Positions 1-9,360 of a DNA stretch of 64,000 nucleotides are shown piece by piece. Within the stretch, counting starts at the first letter, position 1; every line of letters begins with the position of its first letter. Below the pieces are notes generated by a model, which did no database searches, was not told the origin of the DNA, and was given only the letters and a program-made list of their open reading frames with translations. The translations under genes and the position numbers were made by a program. Source of the DNA: Gemmatimonadota bacterium (GTDB taxonomy: Bacteria > Gemmatimonadota > Gemmatimonadetes > Palauibacterales > Palauibacteraceae); the NCBI GenBank assembly GCA_963666735.1, contig OY762926.1, positions 864,001 through 928,000 on the forward strand, given 5' to 3'.

Positions 1-871
1 GGCGGACCTCCTCCTCGGAGCGCTCCCGCATGCGGGCCCGCGCTTCCGCCGCCGCGGCCTCCACGTCGTCCCGAAGGTTCTGGATCTGGATGGCCGTCAG
101 ATCACGGATCGCCTGTTCGTACGACCGCCTCTGGGGTCCCGTGGGAGCGAACCCGATGGGGATGGGGATCGTGACGTCGCCGAGGTGAATCCCCTGCTCC
201 GAGAATCCCCACCGCTTGCCATCGCGCTCGAAGGTCCAGTCGCGCGCGCGGCGCCGCACGTCGTCTTCAAGTTGGAGGCTGTCGAGCCAGTCGCGGAGAA
301 TCGCCCGAACCGCGCTGTCCGCCCGGGCGAACTGAACCAGCCGTTCGCCGATGAGCCGGGGGGACTGCGGGTCGAACCACAGGCGCGCGTCGCTGAAGCG
401 GAGTCGGAGCCGCGAGGCGTTGGTCCGGCCCCGCGGCCCTTCCGGCGCCGTCGGCTGACCGGCGACGATCAGGCCCGGCGCTCCGGGGAGGGGGGCTCGC
501 TCTTCCTCCGCCTCTTCTTCCTCTTCCTCCGCCTCTTCTTCCTCTTCCTCCGCCTCTTCTTCCTCCTCTTCGAGTGGCTCGGGTTCGACTTCCGGGATCT
601 CCTCCCCGGGCGGCTCCGGCCGGGGTTCCTCGGGAAGATCCTCGGGCAGGATCGGCGCGATCTCGACTACGACGAGGGCGTCGGGCGCGGGCACGGTCTC
701 GATGGGCGGGAGGGTGAAGGGAAGCGAATCCACACGGACGCCGCCCGCGACCATCAGAAGCAGGACGTGCAGGACGACGGAGGCGAGCAACCCAACCGCC
801 AGGGTCCGGCGCTGGGAACGATCGCGTTCGCGCTTCCGCTCGGCGAACCCTTCGGTTCGGGCGCGGGACAC
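1..871 (-). CDS. TonB/TolA-like single-pass membrane protein with Pro/Glu-rich linker and uncharacterised C-terminal domain (3' end runs off the window)
   Basis: Translated by hand (not in the ORF track because it runs off the edge). GTG at 871 gives MSRARTEG...TLAVGLLASVVLHVLLLMV (TM helix with S-x3-H), then PEDLPEEPRPEPP...EEEEEEAEEEEEEA linker, then a globular part (RLWFDP...DWTFERDGKRWGFSEQGIHLGDVTIPIP). No stop before position 1. Confidence 0.7.
   Translation of the reverse strand, partial: MSRARTEGFAERKRERDRSQRRTLAVGLLASVVLHVLLLMVAGGVRVDSLPFTLPPIETVPAPDALVVVEIAPILPEDLPEEPRPEPPGEEIPEVEPEPLEEEEEEAEEEEEEAEEEEEEAEEERAPLPGAPGLIVAGQPTAPEGPRGRTNASRLRLRFSDARLWFDPQSPRLIGERLVQFARADSAVRAILRDWLDSLQLEDDVRRRARDWTFERDGKRWGFSEQGIHLGDVTIPIPIGFAPTGPQRRSYEQAIRDLTAIQIQNLRDDVEAAAAEARARMRERSEEEVR
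500..562. repeat. 3 x 21-bp perfect tandem repeat (ctcttcctccgcctcttcttc) encoding a poly-Glu/Ala linker on the minus strand
   Basis: Units at 500-520, 521-541 and 542-562, read directly. Confidence 0.9.
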
Positions 872-955
872 CGGTCTACCCCCCAGCCGAGGTCCCCGGC
901 CTGGGGCGGCCGTTCGACCGGCCATCGGACCGGCCAGCCGCTCGGGGCGAGGCCC

Positions 956-2275
956 TCATGTGATCAGCTTCTTCTTCTTCGCGGCCGGGAAGAGGACATT
1001 GTTGAGGATGAGCCGATAGCCCGCGGAATGACGATGGAGATCCAGGTCCGTCGGGGCGTCGCCGATCAGGTGGCGGGGGTCTTCCGGATCGTGTCCCCCC
1101 AGGTACGTGAAGGTGCCCTCCCCGAGGCTCCCGTGGAGGTACTTCACGCGTCCGCGCGCCTCCTCCTCCGCAAGCACGGTGACGCCGGGCTGCAGGCGTT
1201 CCTTCCGAAACGTCGTCGTGAGACCGTAGAAGTCGGGCAGCACGCGTCGATGGTTCTGGGTCAGCATGGCCGGAACCGGATCGAACTTGGCGCTGAAATC
1301 GAACAGCGAGAAGCTGCCGAGATCGACCCTCCAGGGGGTGTTTACCTGGTGCCCGTCGATATCGCTGAAGGCGCTGAGCGTGGGGTCCATCACGAGCACG
1401 GCGTCGCGGAAGGCGAGCGCGTCCGCCCAACGGAGCCTGTCGCTCGCCGCGGCATCCGGCGGCGATCCATCGGCGAAGGAGGCCGCGATGTCGGTCCCCG
1501 CCGCGGCGAGGGCCAGCTCCAGCGTTTCCGTCGCCGTGCACATCGCGAACAGGAAACCGCCTCCCTCGACGTAGCTCCGGAGCCGGACCGCGACGGCCTT
1601 CTTCAGGGCGGGCACGTTCGGATACCCGAGTTCGCGCGCGATCGCCTCGTTGCGGGCGACTTCCTCCTGCAGCCAGGCCGATGAAGCGTACGACAGGTAG
1701 AACTTCGAATACTGCCCCGTGAAATCCTCGTGATGGAGGTGCAGCCAGTCGAAGTTCTCGAGTTCCCCGGACAGCACCTCCCGATCCCAGATCCGTTCGT
1801 AGGGGATCTCGGCGTACTCGAGGGCCATCGTCACGGCATCGTCCCACGGAGAACTGTTGGGCGGCGTGTAGACCGCGATCGTCGGCGCCTTTTCCAGGGG
1901 CACGGCCTCCATGTTCCGCGTCTCGATCTCGCGGCGGATCCTCGCCACATCGGCACCGTCGAGCGTCTCCACGGTCACGCCCATGAGCGCGGCTCGCCGA
2001 CGGTTGGACGATGCGTCCGACACGAGAAATGACCCGGAGCGGTAATTCAGGAGCCATTCGGCCGACTGGCTCTCCGAGAGGCTGCCGAACACGTACCCGT
2101 AGGCTTTGAGGTGGTTCTCCTGTTCGCGGTCCATGGGGACGAGAAGCTGTGCTCCGACCCCCGAGGCGCCCGCAAGCGAGGCCAGACCCGCCAGCAGGAG
2201 GCGGCGCGGGAGGGGGCATCGAACGCGGCTTCGAACCCGGCATCGAATGCCGCTTCGTTTCGTCTCGGCCTTCAT
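956..2275 (-). CDS. Secreted class-I glutamine-amidotransferase-like protein (family commonly auto-annotated 'asparagine synthetase B')
   Basis: Signal-like RRLLLAGLASLAGASGVGAQ. Family motifs LVPMD..NHLKAYG, WLLNYRSGSF, PWDDAVTMALEYAEIPY, DWLHLHHEDFTGQY, GGFLFAMC, GGHDPED, GYRLILNNVLFPAA. Confidence 0.7.
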   Translation of the reverse strand: MKAETKRSGIRCRVRSRVRCPLPRRLLLAGLASLAGASGVGAQLLVPMDREQENHLKAYGYVFGSLSESQSAEWLLNYRSGSFLVSDASSNRRRAALMGVTVETLDGADVARIRREIETRNMEAVPLEKAPTIAVYTPPNSSPWDDAVTMALEYAEIPYERIWDREVLSGELENFDWLHLHHEDFTGQYSKFYLSYASSAWLQEEVARNEAIARELGYPNVPALKKAVAVRLRSYVEGGGFLFAMCTATETLELALAAAGTDIAASFADGSPPDAAASDRLRWADALAFRDAVLVMDPTLSAFSDIDGHQVNTPWRVDLGSFSLFDFSAKFDPVPAMLTQNHRRVLPDFYGLTTTFRKERLQPGVTVLAEEEARGRVKYLHGSLGEGTFTYLGGHDPEDPRHLIGDAPTDLDLHRHSAGYRLILNNVLFPAAKKKKLIT

Positions 2276-4095
2276 CGGCCTCCTCCATCGAGTTCGGCGA
2301 GCATGCGGCGCGCGACCGGCGCAAGGGCGCTGCGGGGATACCCCACGATCAGCTGTTCCAGCCAGGACGCGGCGTCGGCGGGGGAGGACGCGCGTGCGAG
2401 ATCCAGGAGAGCGGGGGGGGCCTCGGGGCTTCCCGGGTGCCGCCGGACGATCTGGCGCCGCAGGGCGCCGGCGATGCGGGCCTGGCCGGCTGCGTCGGCC
2501 GCCTCGGCGAGGAAGCCCAGCACAACGGAACGGCCGCTCGATGCCGGGCGGGCGGCCAGGTCGCGGAGTGCCGGCCCGGGATCGAACGCCTCCGGAGCGG
2601 CGAGGAGGCCGAGCGCGGCGGCGCCCGCGATGCGGACCTCCGCCGTATCCGCCGCCTGTACGAGCGTCAGCAGCCGCAGGCGGCGCGTCCGTTCCGCCGC
2701 CCCGATTTCCGCCTCGCGGACGCTGCGGCTCGCCCGCTCCCGCGCGGAATCGCGCTGGCCCGCGTACAGCGCCAGCCGTGCCGCCGCGGCGTCGAGCCGC
2801 CCCGACGAAGCGACGCGAATCCTCTTCCGGGCGTCGGCCACCAGCGCCTCCGCCGTAGCGAGATCGCCGGCCCGCGCCTGGCCGAGCGCGAGATCCCCCC
2901 GCATCCCGGCCTCGGCAGCCGTGGAGTCCGGATACTGCCTCACATAGCGGTCAAGTACGGAGGCTGCTTCAACCAGCGAAGCGGGGTTGGCCGCGAGAAG
3001 CCCGAACAGCCGGCGCGACGCCAGTTGGTGCGGGCCGTCGCCGGAGGTGCTCTCCCGCATCAGTTCCTCGAGCGCCCGCCGCGCCGAAGCCGTATCCCCC
3101 GCGGCCAGCGCCTGCTCCCCGGACAGCGCGAGCCAGCGCAGGCGATCCACCGGCCGCGCGCTCAGGCCGGCGAGCCGCCGGGCGGACCAGGCGACCTCGC
3201 CGGGAAGCTCCGCCGCCTCCGCTTCGCGCACGTACTCGCGCAGGAACGCGGCACCCTCGGGGTCCTCCGGCATCGGCGCCGCCTCGGCCAGCGCCCGGGC
3301 CGCCTCCGCGCGCCCCAGCCGCAGCGCGACGATGGCCCCCGCCCGGGATGCTCCGTCCCGCCGGTCGGCCAGACGCCCGCGCAGCCGTTCGAAGGAAGCC
3401 GCATCGGCGGCGGACCCTTGGGCCTCGGCCGCCCGGAGGCCCGTTTCCACTTCGTCCGTCGCCGGCGGTGCGAGGGCGAGAAGCTCGACCCACGCCGCGG
3501 CCAGCCGATCTCCGTCACCCGCAGCGAGAAGGAGGTCGGCGAAGCGCGTGAGGAGTTCCCTGCCGGGGGTCGCGGCGTCGCCCAGCGTCCGGATCGCCCC
3601 CGCGGAATCCCCCACCGCAAGCTGGACATCGGCGCGGGCCAGCCGCGCCGCGGAGAGTTGGGGGGCTTCCTTCAGCCAGCGGTCGCTCACGGCGAGGGCC
3701 GAATCGAGCAGCCCCGCGCCGGTCAACCCTCGCACCCACCACAGCCGGGCGACCTCCTCGTCCGGGGCCGCGGCAACGGCGGCCTCCGCGTACGGCACGA
3801 GCGCGGCGGCCTCACCCGACTCCAGGGCCAGCTCGCCGAGCAGCGCGAGCGCGCCGGGCGACGCGGGCGCCCGCGCCAGGTGTTCGCGCAGGGCGGATGC
3901 GGCTTCCGCGGCCCGTCCGCCCGCGCGAAGGCGCTCCGCCCGCGCTACGGTGCGCTGCTCCGAGGTCGCGGATGCCTGGCCGGCCACGGCCGAGACCGTC
4001 GGCAACTGGGCGCCGCAAACACCCGCAAGGAGCACGAACGTCCGCGTCGCGCCGCAGATCCCGCCCGCGGGGAACCGGAGCCGGAGACGATCCAC
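2272..4095 (-). CDS. Tetratricopeptide-repeat (TPR) protein, probably exported
   Basis: Ala/Leu-rich helical repeats, YPDS/HPGS/YPRS TPR-cap motifs, N-terminal hydrophobic segment; overlaps the downstream gene by 4 bp. Confidence 0.7.
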   Translation of the reverse strand: MDRLRLRFPAGGICGATRTFVLLAGVCGAQLPTVSAVAGQASATSEQRTVARAERLRAGGRAAEAASALREHLARAPASPGALALLGELALESGEAAALVPYAEAAVAAAPDEEVARLWWVRGLTGAGLLDSALAVSDRWLKEAPQLSAARLARADVQLAVGDSAGAIRTLGDAATPGRELLTRFADLLLAAGDGDRLAAAWVELLALAPPATDEVETGLRAAEAQGSAADAASFERLRGRLADRRDGASRAGAIVALRLGRAEAARALAEAAPMPEDPEGAAFLREYVREAEAAELPGEVAWSARRLAGLSARPVDRLRWLALSGEQALAAGDTASARRALEELMRESTSGDGPHQLASRRLFGLLAANPASLVEAASVLDRYVRQYPDSTAAEAGMRGDLALGQARAGDLATAEALVADARKRIRVASSGRLDAAAARLALYAGQRDSARERASRSVREAEIGAAERTRRLRLLTLVQAADTAEVRIAGAAALGLLAAPEAFDPGPALRDLAARPASSGRSVVLGFLAEAADAAGQARIAGALRRQIVRRHPGSPEAPPALLDLARASSPADAASWLEQLIVGYPRSALAPVARRMLAELDGGGR

Positions 4096-4096
4096 G

Positions 4097-7000
4097 TCAG
4101 GGCTCCCGCCGGGCCGCGGCGCCTGACGGAGGCACGCGGTTCAGGCGGTCGAAGTACTCGAAGATCAGCGATCGGTAGAAGAGCGGCAGCTCCCGGAGCA
4201 GGGCTTCCGCGGGCGCCGGGTAGCGGCGTCCCCGCAGCAGCTCCGGGTCGATCGGCGGCGGGGTCCCCGGCGGAGCCGTGGCTTCGCGCGACTCCCGCTC
4301 GTTGGGGTCGAGATCCTCATCCTCGAGCGAGCGCCCCGCGTCGAGCATGCGCCGGAAGAGTTGGCGCTGTCGTTCAAGCGTCTCCTGCGTGGGCCCCTCC
4401 AACTCGAGCTGCCGTGCGAGTTCGGCCGCCTCCTCCGCCAGTTCCTCGGGACGTCCCAGCAGATCGCCCTCCGGATCTTCCAGCTCTCCGAGTTCGTCGG
4501 CGACCTCCTCCTGCCGCCGCACGATCTCCTCGCGCCGCCGCTCCTCTCCCGACGGCCGCGGGCCGGGCATGAGGAGCGAACTCGTCTCCTGCGTCACGGC
4601 CTGCTGCTGCTGAGCGAGCTGGTTCATCTGATCCGCCGCGTCCTGGCCGGCGGATTCCTGCCCGGCCGCCCGCGCCGCCTCCTCGCTCGCCAGCAGATGT
4701 CGGGCCAGCGAGTTCAGCGACTCCTGGATGCCCTCGACCTCCGCCCGAGACGGGAGACGCCGCGCGCCATCTCCCGCGAGCCGGTCCAGCAACTGATCCA
4801 TGCGTTCCGCCGCCTCGCCCGCCGCCGCCCCGGTACGCTGGTCGAGCATGGCGGCCTCGTTCCCGGCCTCGGAGAGTCGTTCGACCAGGTTCTCCAAGCC
4901 CTGACGCACGGCCCCCTGCTGCGCGCGCCAGGATGCCGGATCCGCCGTATTCTCACCCCGCGTCGCCTCCGACAGACGGCCCTCCTCCTCCGCCAGCGCG
5001 AGCGCTTCGCTGCGCGCGCGAGCCAGCGACTCGACGGCGGCCTCCCCCTGTTCCCCGCTCATCTCCCGCTGCGCCGAGCCGAGGGCGCCCGCCGCCTGTT
5101 CGAGCGCCTCCGCGGCTTCCTCCGCCGCCTGCCGCTCCGATTCGCCGACCTCGCCCGGCTCTCCGGATGGGGACGGCTCGGTTCCACTATGCGCGTCGGC
5201 CATCTTCCCGAGGGCCTCCTGCGTGCGCTCACCGGCGGCCCGGGCCGAATCCGCAGCCATCTCCCGGTCCGCCGCCTCGAGTTCCGCCTCCAGCTCGGCC
5301 AGGCGCTCCGCCAGCGCCTCGGCCTGTTCGACGAGAGACTCCTGGCCCTCCTGAAACGTCTCGGCATCCGTCTCGCCGGCGACTTCCCTCTGCTCCTGCG
5401 CCAGTTCATCCGCGTTGGCCTGCGCCGACTTCATCGCTTGTTCGAGCGCAGCCTGCTCGAGCATGCCGAGCGTCTGGTCCACCTGCTCGCGCAGATTCTC
5501 GTAATCGTTGGAGAGCTGTTCGAGCGCTTCGCGCACCGCTTCCGGATCCAGCTCGCGCAGTGCTTCCGCGAGCGCCTCGATCTGCTCCTCGAGTCCGCTC
5601 GTGGCCAGTTCCTCGTAGCGTTCGGCCAGACGCTGCAACTGCTCCCGCAGCGCGGGGTCGGAGAGCGGCGAGGCTTCGAGTTCCTCCTGAAGAGCCTGGA
5701 GCTGTTCCTCCACCCCATCGAACTCCGCCTCGGACCGCTGCGCCTCATCGAGTACGCTCCGCGCCTCTTCCGTGGCCTCGAACCGGACTTCCTCGCTGTC
5801 GTCCCCCTCGGCATCCGTCTGCCGCGCAGCGTCGGCCGCCGCCTCGGCCAACGCCTCCAGGCTCTCCTCCAGGGCCTGCGCGGCGTCGGACAAGGCCTCG
5901 GTTTGCTCCGCGCGCTGATCCCGAATCTCCGTGAAGGTCGGAACGCGAAGCAGGAAGACGTCGGAAAGCGCGGGCCCCCTGGCCGGGTGTCCGTCGAAGG
6001 CCTCGAAGCGGTAGAACAGCGTATCCCCGGGCAGGAAGGACTCCGCGCTGCGGTCGAGCAGGTGCCGGAAGACCGCGCGCGCCGCCCCGGCCGGTTCCGG
6101 GGAAAGCACCTCCCGTCGCTCCGCGCTTTCGCCGCCCAACCCTGAGCGCCAGCTGCGAACGAAGGCTCGGCGGAGCCCGATGTCGTCCTCCATGTCCACG
6201 ATGACCGGCATCACGCGCTCGTAGCCCAGGGTCGTGTCCGGGGCCGGATAGAGCAGGTGGATGCGCGGCTGAAGGTCGGGGACCACGAGCACCCGGATCG
6301 GGTCGGGGACGATGGGCGCGCCGAGCGACGATTCGGCCCGCAATTCCCACGCCCAGGCGCCGGTCCGCTCCGGAACCCACGAAACGGCGAACTGCGAACC
6401 CGCGATCTCCAGCGGGATTCGAGCTGGCGCCTCGCCGCTCTCACCGTCGCCGGACTCCCGTACGAGGGCCCCGCCATCGAGCGGGAGGTTCGTCTCCCCG
6501 CTCAACCGCAACCTCGTTCCCTGCGGCGCCACGAGCGGCGGAATCCGACCCCGGTAACGCTCCGAGGCGCGCCCGAGATAAGCCGGGAACTCGACGGTGA
6601 GCTGGAGATCCTGGACCAGAAGCGGTTCGAGGGGGCGGACAAGAAGGGTGTCGCTCGATAACCCCTCCCGGTCTTCGGCCCACACCGCCGTGAGAGAGAT
6701 GATCGGGGCGGTGCGGCCCTGCGCCGAACCGGCCGCCGATACCTCGAGGAGGGTCCGTTCGGGCGCCCGGCCCGCCGCGCGCCACACCAGGTCGACCCGG
6801 TCGCGTCCCGTAGCCGAGACGGACACCACAGCCGCTTCTCCGCGCGGTACACCGGGCGCGCCGGTGAGGCCGAGGGGCGGAAGCGGCGCGGGAAAGGCCG
6901 CACGCCACGGCGCGCCCAATGCTGCGGCGGCGGAGAACGTGGGCTGCGGGCGCAGCAGCGCGGCCACCGAGATCGCGAGCAGCATGAGCGCCACGGCGAG

Positions 7001-7462
7001 ACCCGAACGGCGAACCCGCCGCTTCCACGCCGGGCCGCTGACCGGCAGGAGCCCGCGCGGCGCGGCGTTCCCCAGCGCCTCGGATACACGCGAGCGGTGG
7101 AGCGCGGCCAATCCGGCGCCCCCAACCGCCTCCGCCCCTTCCAGCTCGATCGCGGAGCGGACATCGCCGGCCCCCAGTCCCGCCGCAACGTCCGCCTCCT
7201 CCGCCACCGCCTGCGGGCGCAGCGCGCGCCAGACGCGGCGGACGATCCACGTCAGCCCGGCGAGGCCGGCCCACAGCACGAGGGCGAGCGCGAGCGGCAC
7301 GAGCGATCCGCGGCCTTCCCGAGCGGAAACCGGGAGCAGGGATAGGACGAGAACCAGCGCACCGCCCAGCGTAACGGCTGAAGCCGCCGCCGTCCCCGCA
7401 GCGCGCGCTCGAGCCGCCGTGCACGCGGCGGCCAGCCGTTCGAAGCCGAATCCGTCACTCAT
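4097..7462 (-). CDS. DUF4175-like large membrane-anchored protein (TM helices, beta-rich middle, long acidic coiled coil)
   Basis: ATG at 7462 overlaps the rsmI stop. Hydrophobic N-terminal helices, P-A-Y-L-G and D-D-I-G-L motifs, Glu/Gln/Ala coiled coil, C-terminal FYRSLIFEYFDRL. Confidence 0.7.
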   Translation of the reverse strand: MSDGFGFERLAAACTAARARAAGTAAASAVTLGGALVLVLSLLPVSAREGRGSLVPLALALVLWAGLAGLTWIVRRVWRALRPQAVAEEADVAAGLGAGDVRSAIELEGAEAVGGAGLAALHRSRVSEALGNAAPRGLLPVSGPAWKRRVRRSGLAVALMLLAISVAALLRPQPTFSAAAALGAPWRAAFPAPLPPLGLTGAPGVPRGEAAVVSVSATGRDRVDLVWRAAGRAPERTLLEVSAAGSAQGRTAPIISLTAVWAEDREGLSSDTLLVRPLEPLLVQDLQLTVEFPAYLGRASERYRGRIPPLVAPQGTRLRLSGETNLPLDGGALVRESGDGESGEAPARIPLEIAGSQFAVSWVPERTGAWAWELRAESSLGAPIVPDPIRVLVVPDLQPRIHLLYPAPDTTLGYERVMPVIVDMEDDIGLRRAFVRSWRSGLGGESAERREVLSPEPAGAARAVFRHLLDRSAESFLPGDTLFYRFEAFDGHPARGPALSDVFLLRVPTFTEIRDQRAEQTEALSDAAQALEESLEALAEAAADAARQTDAEGDDSEEVRFEATEEARSVLDEAQRSEAEFDGVEEQLQALQEELEASPLSDPALREQLQRLAERYEELATSGLEEQIEALAEALRELDPEAVREALEQLSNDYENLREQVDQTLGMLEQAALEQAMKSAQANADELAQEQREVAGETDAETFQEGQESLVEQAEALAERLAELEAELEAADREMAADSARAAGERTQEALGKMADAHSGTEPSPSGEPGEVGESERQAAEEAAEALEQAAGALGSAQREMSGEQGEAAVESLARARSEALALAEEEGRLSEATRGENTADPASWRAQQGAVRQGLENLVERLSEAGNEAAMLDQRTGAAAGEAAERMDQLLDRLAGDGARRLPSRAEVEGIQESLNSLARHLLASEEAARAAGQESAGQDAADQMNQLAQQQQAVTQETSSLLMPGPRPSGEERRREEIVRRQEEVADELGELEDPEGDLLGRPEELAEEAAELARQLELEGPTQETLERQRQLFRRMLDAGRSLEDEDLDPNERESREATAPPGTPPPIDPELLRGRRYPAPAEALLRELPLFYRSLIFEYFDRLNRVPPSGAAARREP

Positions 7463-8316
7463 TCCGAGGGCGCCTCTTGAACCTGCAAGCTCACGCGATA
7501 GGCCTCGTTCCGGCTCAGACCGAACTCCGCAGCCAGGCGGCCGGCAATCTCGCGCCGCCGCAGGCCATCGCGCGACCAATGTCGCGCCTCCTCCATCAGG
7601 ACCGCCAGATCGGGCACTTCGTTGCCTGCCGTGTTGCCTGCCGCGCCCTCCCCGAAGACGATCGTCACCTCGCCCCTGACCTCGCGGGTCGCGAACCCGG
7701 ACGCCAGCTCGCGCACGGATCCGGCCGTGGTTTCCTCGTGCATTTTCGTCAGCTCCCTGCAGACGACGGCAGCCCGCTCCCCCAGGCCCGCTTCGGTCAG
7801 CTCACCGAGGAGGGCGACCAGCCGTCCCGGAGCCTCGAACGCAACCGCGGTGTCCACGCAGGCGCGGAGATCGTCGATCCAGGCAGAGCGTTCGCCACGG
7901 CGCCGGGGGACGAATCCGAGAAAAAGAAACCGGTCCGCCGGAAAGCCGGACACGGAGAGCGCCGCGAGCACGGCGGAAGGACCGGGAACCGCCAGCACCT
8001 CGTGCCCCGCTTCGCGGGCGGCGGCCACGGCCCGGCAGCCGGGGTCGGATACGGTCGGCGTGCCCGCGTCGGAAACCAGGGCCGCGGTGCGGCCCGCGGC
8101 GAGGGCGGCGATCAACTCCTCCACCCGCGCCCGCTCGTTGTGCATGTGCAGCGATCGCAACGGGACGTTCGCCTCCACCCGCGCGAGCAGCTTGCCCGTG
8201 CGCCGCGTGTCTTCCGCGTAGCACACGTCGACCGAACGCAGAATCCGGACCGCACGCCGCGGCATGTCGTCCAGATTGCCGATCGGCGTGCCGACCACGT
8301 AGAGCGTTCCCGTCAC
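7459..8316 (-). CDS. rsmI: 16S rRNA (cytidine1402-2'-O)-methyltransferase
   Basis: GTLYVVGTPIGNLDD, AEDTRRT, LVSDAGTP, CRELTKMHEE. Alternative start at 8373. Confidence 0.95.
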   Translation of the reverse strand: MTGTLYVVGTPIGNLDDMPRRAVRILRSVDVCYAEDTRRTGKLLARVEANVPLRSLHMHNERARVEELIAALAAGRTAALVSDAGTPTVSDPGCRAVAAAREAGHEVLAVPGPSAVLAALSVSGFPADRFLFLGFVPRRRGERSAWIDDLRACVDTAVAFEAPGRLVALLGELTEAGLGERAAVVCRELTKMHEETTAGSVRELASGFATREVRGEVTIVFGEGAAGNTAGNEVPDLAVLMEEARHWSRDGLRRREIAGRLAAEFGLSRNEAYRVSLQVQEAPSE

Positions 8317-8421
8317 GACACGCGTCCTCGTCTCCCGTTCGCCGCCCGATGCGCCCGCGCCCCCCGAAGCCACCTGGGCCGGGGGGCGCGGAGTCGGCGT
8401 GGCCCGTGGCGGCGGCGCCCC

Positions 8422-8760
8422 TCAGGCGTGCTCGAGGATCTTTCTCTCGAGAGAATCCCTGGGGTGCGCCCCCACGAGGGTGTCCACGACCTCCCCGTCC
8501 CTGAAGAAGAGGATGCTCGGGATCGAGCGCACGTTGAAGCGAAATGCGGTTTGCGGGTTCGCATCCACGTCGAGTTTTCCGATCGTGACGCGCCCCGAAT
8601 ACTCCTGCGCGAGTTCGTCGACAATCGGCCCGACGAGCCGGCACGGGCCGCACCACTCCGCCCAGAAATCCACCATCGCCAAGCCATCCGCGCCCTCGAT
8701 CTCGTCCGCGAAGTTCGCATCCGTGATCTCGACGGGCCCTCCGTTCGCAACTTCAGCCAT
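8422..8760 (-). CDS. trxA: Thioredoxin
   Basis: VDFWAEWCGPC, VRSIP. Confidence 0.95.
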   Translation of the reverse strand: MAEVANGGPVEITDANFADEIEGADGLAMVDFWAEWCGPCRLVGPIVDELAQEYSGRVTIGKLDVDANPQTAFRFNVRSIPSILFFRDGEVVDTLVGAHPRDSLERKILEHA

Positions 8761-8925
8761 TCGAATCTCCTGTTCGTGTGCCGCCCCGCCCACCCGTCCG
8801 GGAGGAACCGCTTCTCCTCACTGGCTCCGGCGTGGGGTCCGGAATACGTTCCCGCGCGCGGGCGCAGTTGAGGTTTCGTACCCCGGCGCCACCGCTCGTG
8901 TTCTCCGAAAGGGTTTCCGGCCGCA

Positions 8926-9360
8926 GTGAACCAAGGCAATCGCATTCCGGGCGCGCCCATTATCGACCACGTGGGAATCGCGGTCAACTCGCTTCCTGAA
9001 GCCGTACGGCAGTGGTCCGCCATCCTGGGCCAGCCGCCGTCCGGCGAGGAAACCGTTCCCGCGGAGGGCATTCGGGCCACCTTCCTCGGCGAGGGCGCCG
9101 GGCGGATCGAATTGCTCGCTCCCCTGACCCCGGAGTCGCCCATTGCCCGCTTCCTCGACCGGCGCGGGCCCGGCATCCACCACGTCTGCGTCCGCGTCGA
9201 CGATCTCGAGGTGGCCCTCGCGGGGGCCGAAGCGGACGGGGCGGAAGCCATCCCGCCGCGGATCCGCCGCGGCGCCGGCGGTGCCCGCATCGCGTTTCTG
9301 CATCCCCGCTCGCTGAACGGAGTTCTCCTGGAGATGCGGGAGGATCCCGAGCGAGGGTGA
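8926..9360 (+). CDS. mce: Methylmalonyl-CoA epimerase
   Basis: IDHVGIAV, IELLAP, GPGIHHVC, IAFLHP..NGVLLEM. Confidence 0.9.
   Translation: MNQGNRIPGAPIIDHVGIAVNSLPEAVRQWSAILGQPPSGEETVPAEGIRATFLGEGAGRIELLAPLTPESPIARFLDRRGPGIHHVCVRVDDLEVALAGAEADGAEAIPPRIRRGAGGARIAFLHPRSLNGVLLEMREDPERG

Noticed and set aside
185..1684. 499-aa plus-strand ORF with LFFLFLR repeats
   Set aside because: Antisense shadow of two minus-strand genes; the hydrophobic repeat is the reverse complement of the poly-Glu repeat.
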